Of a stretch of DNA of 64,000 nucleotides, positions 10,819-18,876 are shown piece by piece. The stretch spans positions 487,089 through 551,088 of the forward strand of contig DATKZF010000003.1 in the NCBI GenBank assembly GCA_035528115.1, read 5' to 3'. The translations under genes were made by a program, and so were the position numbers. The DNA comes from Candidatus Bipolaricaulota bacterium. GTDB taxonomy: Bacteria > Patescibacteriota > Patescibacteriia > UBA11705 > DATKZF01. Position 1 is the first letter of the stretch; the number at the start of each line of letters is the position of its first letter. Under the pieces are notes generated by a model that was given only the letters and a program-made list of their open reading frames with translations, did not search any database and was not told where the DNA came from.

Positions 10819-12801
10819 ATGAATGTAGCCGAATTGGCCAGAATATTAAAAGTGGGAACCAGAGATCTTTTGGAAACATTGCCGAAGCTTGGTTTTGATT
10901 TGGGCAAAAAGTCGATTAAAGTCAATGACAAAATGGCTCAGCAGATCATCGTGGCTTGGCGCGAATATGACAGAAAAATGCGGCAGGAAGAGCAATACCT
11001 CAAAGGCAAGGACAAGGACGCGGCCAAGGACGAGGAACCCAAGGGAGAAGTGGAAATTCCGCCGGTTTTAACGGTGCGTGATTTTTCTAAAATTTTGAAT
11101 TTGCCGGTGACCGGTGTGATTTCGGAATTGATGAAAAACGGAGTCATGGCTTCGGTCAATCAAAGAATAGATTTCGATACGGCGGCCATCATGGCCGAAG
11201 AATTGGGCTACACTCCGATTTTAAAAGATGAGGATGCGGGAGTTGAATTGAATCAGGATCTGAAATTGAAAAATATTTTCGAAAAGGAAAAAGAATCGCT
11301 CGAAAGTCGGGCGCCCGTAATCGTGGTCATGGGACACGTTGACCACGGCAAAACCAAATTGCTCGACGCCATTCGCAAAACTCACGTGATGGAAGGCGAG
11401 GCCGGCGGCATCACTCAGCACATTGGCGCTTATCAGGTTAATAAAAAGGGCAGGCAAATCACTTTTATCGATACGCCCGGTCATGAGGCGTTTACAGCCA
11501 TGAGATCGAGAGGCGCGAAAATAGCGGACATCGCCATTTTGGTGATCGCCGCGGATGACGGCATTAAACCGCAGACGGTTGAAGCCATAAAAATAGCTCA
11601 GGAAGCGGGTTTGACGATCGTGGTCGCCATAAATAAAATAGACAAGCCGGGCGCCAACGTTGAAAAAGTCAAACAGGATTTGACCAAATATAATCTTTTA
11701 CCCGAAGAATGGGGCGGCAAAATTATTGTCGCGCCGGTTTCGGCCAAAAATAATATCGGCATTGATGAATTGCTCGACAAAATTTTGTTCGTGGCCGACT
11801 TGGAAGCGGATAAAATCAGAGCCAATCCGAGCGGTGAATTCGTGGGCAGTATCATTGAGTCGCATATCGATAAAAACATGGGACCCGTGGCCACGGTATT
11901 GATTAAAAACGGCACTTTGAAAAAAGGAGAAAATTTATCGATTGACGGAGCGTACTTCGGCAAAGTCAGAGCCATGAAAAATTATAACGGCAAAGATGCG
12001 GATTTGGCCGGTCCGTCCATGCCCGTTCAGATCGTTGGTTTCAAAGTCGCTCCCAAAGTCGGAGACATCGTGGAAGCGGTCATGGATTTGAAAAAATCGA
12101 AACGCAAAGCGGATTATTTCAAGTTGTCAAAGCAGGAAGAATTCGTGCACATGCCTTCGCAAGAAGAAGATGATTCAACTTCGAACGTCACCAAATTGAA
12201 CGTGGTGATCAAAGCCGACGTACTGGGCTCGGAGGAAGCGGTTATCGAATCTTTGCAAAAAATTGAGAACAAGGAAATTAAAATAGATTTTGTTCAAAAA
12301 GGTTTGGGCAATATTACCGAGTCCGATGTGCTGGCCGCCGAGGCAAGCGGCGCCATGCTTTTGGGATTCAATGTCAGACCCACGGCCGAGGCTGAACTTT
12401 TGGCCAGAGACAAAGGCGTGGAAATTAAAATTTATAAAATTATTTACGAATTGATCGATGAGGTTAAAAATAAATTGAATGAAATTGTCAAACCTGAAAT
12501 AGTCAGGGAAAATTTGGGCAAGATGGAAGTGTTGGCATTGTTCAAAAAGACGGATAAGGGCCAAATCGTCGGCGGCAAAGTGATTTCCGGCAAAATCGAA
12601 GCCGGCAGCTCAGCTGCCGTTTTCAGAAAAGATGAATTCGTCGGCTTGGGTAAAATTTCCCAGTTGCAGGCGGGTAAACAAGAGGTTGCGGACGTGCCGG
12701 CCGGCCAGGAAGCGGGTATTCAATTTGAAGGTCAAACTCCAATCGAGGTTGGCGATGTGCTGGATGTTTATCGGGAAATAGAGAAAAAGAAAGTTATTTA
12801 A
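10819..12801 (+). CDS. infB: Translation initiation factor IF-2 (short form with a reduced N-terminal region)
   Basis: G domain VVMGHVDHGKTKLLD, DTPGHEAF, NKID; the domain order is colinear with bacterial IF-2. Confidence 0.95.
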   Translation: MNVAELARILKVGTRDLLETLPKLGFDLGKKSIKVNDKMAQQIIVAWREYDRKMRQEEQYLKGKDKDAAKDEEPKGEVEIPPVLTVRDFSKILNLPVTGVISELMKNGVMASVNQRIDFDTAAIMAEELGYTPILKDEDAGVELNQDLKLKNIFEKEKESLESRAPVIVVMGHVDHGKTKLLDAIRKTHVMEGEAGGITQHIGAYQVNKKGRQITFIDTPGHEAFTAMRSRGAKIADIAILVIAADDGIKPQTVEAIKIAQEAGLTIVVAINKIDKPGANVEKVKQDLTKYNLLPEEWGGKIIVAPVSAKNNIGIDELLDKILFVADLEADKIRANPSGEFVGSIIESHIDKNMGPVATVLIKNGTLKKGENLSIDGAYFGKVRAMKNYNGKDADLAGPSMPVQIVGFKVAPKVGDIVEAVMDLKKSKRKADYFKLSKQEEFVHMPSQEEDDSTSNVTKLNVVIKADVLGSEEAVIESLQKIENKEIKIDFVQKGLGNITESDVLAAEASGAMLLGFNVRPTAEAELLARDKGVEIKIYKIIYELIDEVKNKLNEIVKPEIVRENLGKMEVLALFKKTDKGQIVGGKVISGKIEAGSSAAVFRKDEFVGLGKISQLQAGKQEVADVPAGQEAGIQFEGQTPIEVGDVLDVYREIEKKKVI

Positions 12802-12811
12802 TTTCCTCCAT

Positions 12812-12839
12812 AGCGGAAAGTTTACCTTTCCGCTTTTTT
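12812..12839 (+). terminator. AGCGGAAAG-tttac-CTTTCCGCT hairpin plus TTTTTT (infB terminator; AGCGGAAAG family)
   Basis: Perfect stem followed by a T run, directly after the infB stop. Confidence 0.7.
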
Positions 12840-12942
12840 GTCCATTAAAAAAATTGAGAGCGGAGCGTTTTGCCTGGCAACAGGCGAGTTTTTCGTTGGA
12901 TTTGAATTTTGTTTTGGTTTAGGTCATTTTATTCCCTAAACC

Positions 12943-12965
12943 AGCGGAAAGCTTGCCTTTCCGCT
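12943..12965. repeat. Second AGCGGAAAG-cttgc-CTTTCCGCT hairpin, about 110 nt after the first
   Basis: Same stem sequence as 12812 with a different loop. Confidence 0.55.
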
Positions 12966-13046
12966 CTGTTCGCCTTATAGTCGGCACTTGCTCGCCAAGG
13001 CCGCTGTTTGCTATAATGAAATGGCTTTATTCATCACCTAAAATTT

Positions 13047-13370
13047 ATGGAAAAACATTTTACTGACGTCAATTTCGAAGATGAAGTTTTGAAATACGAA
13101 GGCCCGGTTTTAGTCGATTTTTTCGCTGAATGGTGCGGCCCGTGCAAGATGCAAGGCCCGATAATCGATGAATTGGAACAAGAAATGGATGGCAAGGCCG
13201 TTAAAATAGGCAAAATGGACGTGGACGCCAATCCCAAAACCGCGGAAAAATACGGAATTATGAGCATTCCGACTTTGATGATTTTTGTGAACGGCGAAGT
13301 CAAAGAAACCATGAACGGAGTGCACAATAAAGAAGATTTAAAAGGTAAATTGCAGAGTTTGCTTAAATAA
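13047..13370 (+). CDS. trxA: Thioredoxin
   Basis: WCGPCK active site; 107 aa; thioredoxin-fold consensus. Confidence 0.9.
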   Translation: MEKHFTDVNFEDEVLKYEGPVLVDFFAEWCGPCKMQGPIIDELEQEMDGKAVKIGKMDVDANPKTAEKYGIMSIPTLMIFVNGEVKETMNGVHNKEDLKGKLQSLLK

Positions 13371-13373
13371 AAT

Positions 13374-14354
13374 ATGGAAAACGAACAATACGATGTCATA
13401 ATAATCGGCGCGGGCGCGGCCGGTCTGACCGCGGCGATTTACGCGGGCAGAAGAGAGCTGAAAACCCTTGTTTTGACCAAAGACATCGGCGGCCAAGCCG
13501 CGATTACCGATGAGATTGAAAATTGGCCGGGAGAGATGTCCATTTTGGGCCCGGCGCTGATGGAGAAAATTAAAAACCAGGCTGAAAAATGGGGAGCTAA
13601 AATTGAATTTGACGAAGTTTCGAAAATAGAAAAAACCGGAGAATTTTTCACCGTTAAAACCGGCAGAGGAGAATTTTTAGGAACCGCGGTGATCCTGTGT
13701 TTTGGTTTGTCTCATCGGCGGCTGGGTATTCCCGGAGAAAAGGAGTTTGTCGGTAAGGGAGTGTCTTTTTGCGCCACCTGCGACGGCCCGCTTTTTCGAA
13801 ACAAGACGGTGGCCATAGCCGGCGGCGGCAATTCCGCCTTGGACGCGGCCGAATATTTGGCCAGGTTGGCGGAGAAGGTTTACATTATCATCAGAAAGGA
13901 CAGCTTCAGTGAGCGAGCGGAAACCGTCGCGGCTGACACAATCGCTGAATTGGAAAAACAAGGTAAAATCGAAATGAGATGGAATACGGACGTCAAAGAA
14001 ATCAAGGGCGATAAAACGGTCAAATCAATCATGCTTGAAAATACCAAGAGCGGCCAAGTCGAAGAACTGCCGATCAATGGAATATTCGTGGAGGTCGGCA
14101 TGATCCCGCAGACAAAGGCCATTGAAGGTTTGGTTGATTTGGACGAGCGCGGTCAGATTGTCATTGACCAAGCTTGCCAAACCAGCGCGCCCGGCATTTT
14201 CGCGGCCGGCGACGTCACCTGCAGTCCATACAAACAACTGGTTACTTCAGCGGGAGAAGGCGCCAAAGCGGCTTTGTCCGCTTACGCTTATTTGCGAAAG
14301 GCCAAAGGCGGACATGAGGGATCGTTGAGGGATTATAAGATGAAGAAAAAATAG
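13374..14354 (+). CDS. trxB: Thioredoxin-disulfide reductase
   Basis: FAD motif GAGAAGLTAA, redox-active CATCDGP, NAD(P) motif GGGNSA. It lies 3 nt after trxA, so the two form an operon. Confidence 0.9.
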   Translation: MENEQYDVIIIGAGAAGLTAAIYAGRRELKTLVLTKDIGGQAAITDEIENWPGEMSILGPALMEKIKNQAEKWGAKIEFDEVSKIEKTGEFFTVKTGRGEFLGTAVILCFGLSHRRLGIPGEKEFVGKGVSFCATCDGPLFRNKTVAIAGGGNSALDAAEYLARLAEKVYIIIRKDSFSERAETVAADTIAELEKQGKIEMRWNTDVKEIKGDKTVKSIMLENTKSGQVEELPINGIFVEVGMIPQTKAIEGLVDLDERGQIVIDQACQTSAPGIFAAGDVTCSPYKQLVTSAGEGAKAALSAYAYLRKAKGGHEGSLRDYKMKKK

Positions 14355-14417
14355 AGGTCATGGAAATACGGATGATTACGAGTTATATGGCATTATAAAA
14401 ACACCTAATTCACTATT

Positions 14418-14972
14418 ATGAAAGCGACAATACTACTTATCACCATAATCTTCCTCTTAACCGGCTGTAGTCAGAATAATGAAAATGTCATGCAAGTGGA
14501 TGAAACCCCCGATGTCCAAAGAGTCGTTTTGGATGAAACAAAGGCACCAAACACATACAATGACGAAGAATTAAATATTTCTTTTGAATTTCCATTAAAT
14601 TGGGAAATATATACACAAGAAAACGAGGAACACACTGTTTATTTTGAGCCTGAGGGTGATTACAATAGAACTATAATCTTTGATTATCAATCCGAAAGTT
14701 TTGACGAATACGAGAGGAGGGGCAATGTCGGTAAACCACCAAAAGCAGAGGATTACACGGAAGACTACCTGGTAAACTTCACGGAGAAATTAGCAGAAGA
14801 GATGTATTTCGCAGACAACCCAAACTATCCAGCTAGAATGTATCAAGGATTCGAGTCAGTCAAATACATAATAAAAATTGATGAAAAACACGTCATGTTT
14901 CGTCGAGAATATTGGTTGAACCAACAGGAAGAACAAGATCTAGTAGAAATATTAAATTCCCTTTCTTTCTAG
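14418..14972 (+). CDS. Acidic lipoprotein of unknown function
   Basis: Lipobox LLTGC. Its codon usage (ata/cta/tta/aca-rich) differs from the flanking genes. Confidence 0.45.
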   Translation: MKATILLITIIFLLTGCSQNNENVMQVDETPDVQRVVLDETKAPNTYNDEELNISFEFPLNWEIYTQENEEHTVYFEPEGDYNRTIIFDYQSESFDEYERRGNVGKPPKAEDYTEDYLVNFTEKLAEEMYFADNPNYPARMYQGFESVKYIIKIDEKHVMFRREYWLNQQEEQDLVEILNSLSF

Positions 14973-15169
14973 TAGTTTTTATAACACGATATAACAGCAT
15001 ATAACTGGCTCACTCTTGGTGCTGTTCTGACGAAAAATTGTAATACCAACGTTCGCGTAAATGCTTCGGCGGTGAGTCGCTGTCGCTCTATATTATACCG
15101 CCTCGCACTTCAGCTATACGCAAACGTCAGCTGAAATTGTGAAACATTTTATTCATTCACCAAACTCAT

Positions 15170-15580
15170 ATGAAAAAAACAGTAAGTCAATCATTGGTTT
15201 TTCTTTCCGGAGTAATCATCCTTGTTCTGGGAGGACTTAATATCCTGGCCTGGATTATTCTATTCAATGTAATTCAATCAATAAAAACACCCCCGCAATT
15301 CCTCATACCAATTTTAGAGGCCCTTATGGACGCATTAAAACATCCATTTCAAATAGTAATTTTATTACTAACCATGGTTTTAGGCATTGTTTTGGTGATA
15401 GCTTCAAAGAAAATGAAAAAGCCCGAAAAACTATTTCATTGGTCAGTGGCAGCACTAGTCATGGGATTAATCATACTTTTTGAGTTAAAAGGCGGGGGTA
15501 TTTTCGGTGGAATCACTGCCGGCATATTAAGCAGCGCAGGTGGAATATTTGGTTTAATTGAATCAACAAAAAAGACGTAG
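15170..15580 (+). CDS. Small membrane protein (3-4 TM helices) of unknown function
   Basis: Hydrophobic helices and a G-rich C-terminal segment; same atypical low-GC codon usage as 14418-14972. Confidence 0.4.
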   Translation: MKKTVSQSLVFLSGVIILVLGGLNILAWIILFNVIQSIKTPPQFLIPILEALMDALKHPFQIVILLLTMVLGIVLVIASKKMKKPEKLFHWSVAALVMGLIILFELKGGGIFGGITAGILSSAGGIFGLIESTKKT

Positions 15581-15717
15581 AAATACACGGCTTCAAAAAA
15601 CCGGGATAATTGATGGGAAGCGTGGATTAAAATATTAAATAAAAAATTAATTGAAAAGATTACAAATTTTATCTCGTACAATCCGTACGCAAAATCTTGT
15701 AAATCTTGTAACTAAAT

Positions 15718-16953
15718 ATGAACGCTTTTGAGAACGCCATGAAGCAGCTCGATAACGCCGCGCAAACGATAAATTTGGACAAAGATGTTCACGAAATGCT
15801 GAAAAGACCGCAAAAGACCATTGAGGTGAATTTGCCCGTGAGAATGGATGACAGTTCGTTGAAGTTTTTTGACGGTTATCGCGTGCAATACAATAATTGG
15901 CGCGGACCTTACAAAGGCGGCATCAGATATTTTCCACAGGTTGATTTGAATGAAGTGAAAGCTTTGTCTTTTTGGATGACCATAAAATGCGCGGTTTTGG
16001 ACATACCATTTGGCGGCGGCAAAGGCGGCGTGACCGTTGACCCCAAGAAATTGTCAGAAAAAGAATTGGAAAGTTTAAGCCGAGCATATATAAGAGCGAT
16101 TTATAATGACGTGGGTCCGGACAAAGACGTGCCCGCGCCCGATGTTTACACCACCCCGCAAATCATGGCTTGGATGACTGATGAATTTTCGAAAATAAAA
16201 GGCGAAGCGACTCCCGGTGTAATTACCGGAAAACCCATTGAAGCCGGCGGCTCGGCCGGACGCGACACGGCCACGGCTCAAGGCGGCTATTATCTCTTGA
16301 AGCATTTTATGGAAATGGAACAAAGAGAGCCGCAAAATCAGACCGTGGCCATTCAAGGCTTCGGCAATGCCGGTTCGGTCATGACTCAGTTATGCGAAAA
16401 AGACGGCTTAAAAGTGGTGGCGGTTTCCGACTCTCAAGGCGGAATTTTCAAAGCCGACGGCTTGGATATTTCAAAAGTCATTGAACATAAAGGGAAAAAC
16501 GGTTCGGTCCAAAATTTCGAAGGCGCGCAAAATATTTCAAATGAAGAATTGCTTGAACTTGATGTCCAATTTTTAATTCCGGCCGCTTTGGAAAATCAAA
16601 TCACCAAAGACAATGTCGATAGGATAAAAGCCAAAGCGATTTTGGAATTAGCCAACGGACCGATCGCGCCCGAGGCTGACGTGGCCTTATTCGAAAGAGG
16701 CATTAAGGTCATTCCCGATGTCCTGGCCAACGCCGGCGGAGTGACCGTTTCCTATTTCGAATGGTATCAGAACACGCATAATGAAAAATGGACGCGCGAA
16801 GAGGTTTTTGAAAAATTGAAACCGAAGATGATTGATAATTTCACGCAAGTTATCGAGCGATCGGAAAAATATCAAATTGATTATAGAAGAGCGGCGTTTG
16901 TTTTGGCGCTGGAGAGGCTGCAAGAATCCTGTAACATGAATCATGAAGCATAG
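15718..16953 (+). CDS. gdhA: Glutamate dehydrogenase (Glu/Leu/Phe/Val dehydrogenase family)
   Basis: Catalytic IPFGGGKGGV motif and Rossmann GFGNAGS. Confidence 0.9.
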   Translation: MNAFENAMKQLDNAAQTINLDKDVHEMLKRPQKTIEVNLPVRMDDSSLKFFDGYRVQYNNWRGPYKGGIRYFPQVDLNEVKALSFWMTIKCAVLDIPFGGGKGGVTVDPKKLSEKELESLSRAYIRAIYNDVGPDKDVPAPDVYTTPQIMAWMTDEFSKIKGEATPGVITGKPIEAGGSAGRDTATAQGGYYLLKHFMEMEQREPQNQTVAIQGFGNAGSVMTQLCEKDGLKVVAVSDSQGGIFKADGLDISKVIEHKGKNGSVQNFEGAQNISNEELLELDVQFLIPAALENQITKDNVDRIKAKAILELANGPIAPEADVALFERGIKVIPDVLANAGGVTVSYFEWYQNTHNEKWTREEVFEKLKPKMIDNFTQVIERSEKYQIDYRRAAFVLALERLQESCNMNHEA

Positions 16954-16957
16954 TTAC

Positions 16958-17124
16958 GAATTACAATTATCTAGTAGGCCGATTAATATATGTTACAAAT
17001 TACATTCATCAATAGTTTTAAGCCTGAGAATCTTGTGATTCGTAACAATCGCTTGAAAGCTAAATAGTCGATTGTAATACGTAACAAATAACCTAAAAGC
17101 TAAATAGAATTTTGTAATTCGTAA
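16958..17124. repeat. MITE-like element with no cargo, bounded by inverted repeats GTTACGAATTACAA ... TTTTGTAATTCGTAAC and containing internal partial copies
   Basis: The terminal inverted repeats are read directly. An internal 42-nt stretch (ACAAATAACCTAAAAGCTAAATAGAATTTTGTAATTCGTAAC) recurs inverted at 40480-40535. Confidence 0.6.
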
Positions 17125-17144
17125 CAAATCACTAATTTCATTAA

Positions 17145-17762
17145 ATGCATTACGAACTAATACTTCAAAAAAAAGGATATCACTTCATCGCCGGCATTGA
17201 TGAAGCCGGACGAGGGGCCTGGGCGGGCCCCTTGTTTGTCGGCGCCGTGATTTTGCCGCTGGGCGAATTGAAAAAATTCAAAGGCGTCGGGGATTCGAAA
17301 AAATTGACCGCGGAAAAAAGAGAAATTTGCGCCAAAACAATAAAAAAATATTGCGTGGCCTGGGCGATCGGCAGGGTCGAGTCCGGTGAAATCGATTCAT
17401 TGGGACTTCAAAACGCTCATTTGCTGGCGGTCGAAAGAGCGGTATTGGGGCTGGGCATCATGCCCGATTATGTGTTGGTTGACCGCATCGCCAAAGTGAA
17501 ATTTCCCATGCCTTTTGAAAACGTGATTAAAGGCGATGATAAATTCATTTCCGTGGGCGCGGCTTCGATTATGGCCAAGGTGGAAAGAGACGCTGAAATG
17601 AGCGAGCTGGAAAATAAATATCCCAATTATCATTTTAAAGAGCATAAAGGTTATGGCACAGGAGAGCACATGGACGAAATAGCCAAATTCGGCTTGTGCG
17701 ACCTTCATCGACGCTTGTTTTCCCCGATTAAGGAAATAGATAAAAAAATGCAGTTGTTTTAA
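17145..17762 (+). CDS. rnhB: Ribonuclease HII
   Basis: IAGIDEAGRGAWAGPLFVGAV matches the RNase HII active-site region (DEAGRG). Confidence 0.9.
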   Translation: MHYELILQKKGYHFIAGIDEAGRGAWAGPLFVGAVILPLGELKKFKGVGDSKKLTAEKREICAKTIKKYCVAWAIGRVESGEIDSLGLQNAHLLAVERAVLGLGIMPDYVLVDRIAKVKFPMPFENVIKGDDKFISVGAASIMAKVERDAEMSELENKYPNYHFKEHKGYGTGEHMDEIAKFGLCDLHRRLFSPIKEIDKKMQLF

Positions 17763-17782
17763 TGATTTGCTGTTGCTTGGAC

Positions 17783-17811
17783 TTGACAAGAAACAAAACC
17801 GGTGTTAATAT
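17783..17811 (+). promoter_or_regulatory. Sigma-70 promoter TTGACA, 17-nt spacer, TAATAT, followed by a GGAGGTGG RBS at 17843-17850
   Basis: Read directly; it drives the GC-rich ORF that starts at 17855. Confidence 0.5.
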
Positions 17812-17854
17812 ATCGACGTCATTTCACATCTCACAATTTGCGTGGAGGTGGCAG

Positions 17855-18274
17855 ATGTCCGATGACAGAAAATTCGAGGAGGCTTTCCCGGGAAGCTATG
17901 GACACTCGCAGCTCGATGAGGAGATTCCGAGCCAAGGTTCGGATCCCGAGTCCATGCTGCTTCAGGGCGGCCGAGAGCTTCGCCTTGACATGATCGGTGA
18001 TGAACTGGTCAGAAGGCTGACGCCGCGGGAGGAAAAGATCCTGCGCATGCGGTTCGGCATCGGCGAGGACGATGAGTCTCCGCTGAAGGACAAGGACATG
18101 TCGGAGGAAACTCGACGGCGCGTGGAATTGATCGAGCAGAAGTCGTTGAGGAATCCCCGCCATCCCTGCCAGAAGAATCAAGCCGAAGCTCGTCGCCGAG
18201 TGCTTGAGCTTTTGGCGAAATCCCGGCGCGATCTCCGCGCAGTTGTCGACATCGAAGAAGAAGCCGTGGGCTAG
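17855..18274 (+). CDS. Small protein made of a sigma-70 (RpoD-type) region 3.2/4 fragment, GC-rich and foreign-looking
   Basis: LTPREEKILRMRFGIG...TRRRVELIEQKSLRNPRHP is near-identical in pattern to RpoD LTAREAKVLRMRFGI...TRERIRQIEAKALRKLRHP, but the HTH turn TLEEVGKQFDV is replaced by EDDESPLKDKDMSEE. GC is about 58% with G/C-ending codons. Confidence 0.5.
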   Translation: MSDDRKFEEAFPGSYGHSQLDEEIPSQGSDPESMLLQGGRELRLDMIGDELVRRLTPREEKILRMRFGIGEDDESPLKDKDMSEETRRRVELIEQKSLRNPRHPCQKNQAEARRRVLELLAKSRRDLRAVVDIEEEAVG

Positions 18275-18296
18275 CAAGCACAGTTGTTAGCCTCTC

Positions 18297-18320
18297 AAGG
18301 ACTCGAAATCGGGTCCTTTT
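18297..18320 (+). terminator. Hairpin GGACTCG-aaat-CGGGTCC (one G-U pair) plus TTTT
   Basis: Directly after the stop of the sigma-fragment ORF. Confidence 0.55.
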
Positions 18321-18375
18321 AAAATTGTTTTAAGCCTTGAAAAAAAGGGTTGATTGGGATAGAATGTTAATGTTG

Positions 18376-18874
18376 GGTTACAAATTACAAATGAAGACGA
18401 ATAACACAAATGGTTACAAATATGCCTAATGATAAGGTCATATATCCGGAATTGAGTTATCAAATAGTCGGAATTTTGTTCGACGTGCACAATGAGATTG
18501 GAGGCAAAGTGAGCGAGAAAGTTATTTCGCGGGCAATCGCGTCGGATTTGGATAACTGTCATCTCAAGTATGAAAAAGAAATACAGGTCCCCGTTTTCTA
18601 CAAAGGAAAGCAGATTGGATATTATTTTCTTGATTTCTTAATAGAGGGGAAAATTGTGCTGGAAATAAAAAAGGGCTTTCGATTCGCAAATAAAGATTTT
18701 GATCAAATACATGATTATTTGCAGTCAACCGGTTTGAAATTGGGCATCTTGGCGATATTTTCGGACACAAAAGTAAAATTCAGAAGAATACTAAACGAGT
18801 ATTAATTTTTATTAAACAATGAATACAAATTTGTATTCATTTGTAACATTTGTACGGATTTGTAATTTGTAACC
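18376..18874. mobile_element. Mini-cassette bounded by perfect 16-bp inverted repeats GGTTACAAATTACAAA (18376-18391 and 18859-18874) carrying one GxxExxY-family gene
   Basis: Left inverted repeat GGTTACAAATTACAAA; right TTTGTAATTTGTAACC is its exact reverse complement. An 18-bp palindrome GAATACAAATTTGTATTC sits at the 3' side of the cargo. Confidence 0.6.
18410..18805 (+). CDS. GxxExxY-family small protein (TIGR04256-like, putative PD-(D/E)XK fold)
   Basis: Family-typical core VPVFYKGKQIG...DFLIEGKIVLEIK...QIHDYLQSTGLKLGILAIF and an N-terminal G..SE.V helix. Confidence 0.6.
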   Translation: MVTNMPNDKVIYPELSYQIVGILFDVHNEIGGKVSEKVISRAIASDLDNCHLKYEKEIQVPVFYKGKQIGYYFLDFLIEGKIVLEIKKGFRFANKDFDQIHDYLQSTGLKLGILAIFSDTKVKFRRILNEY

Positions 18875-18876
18875 TT

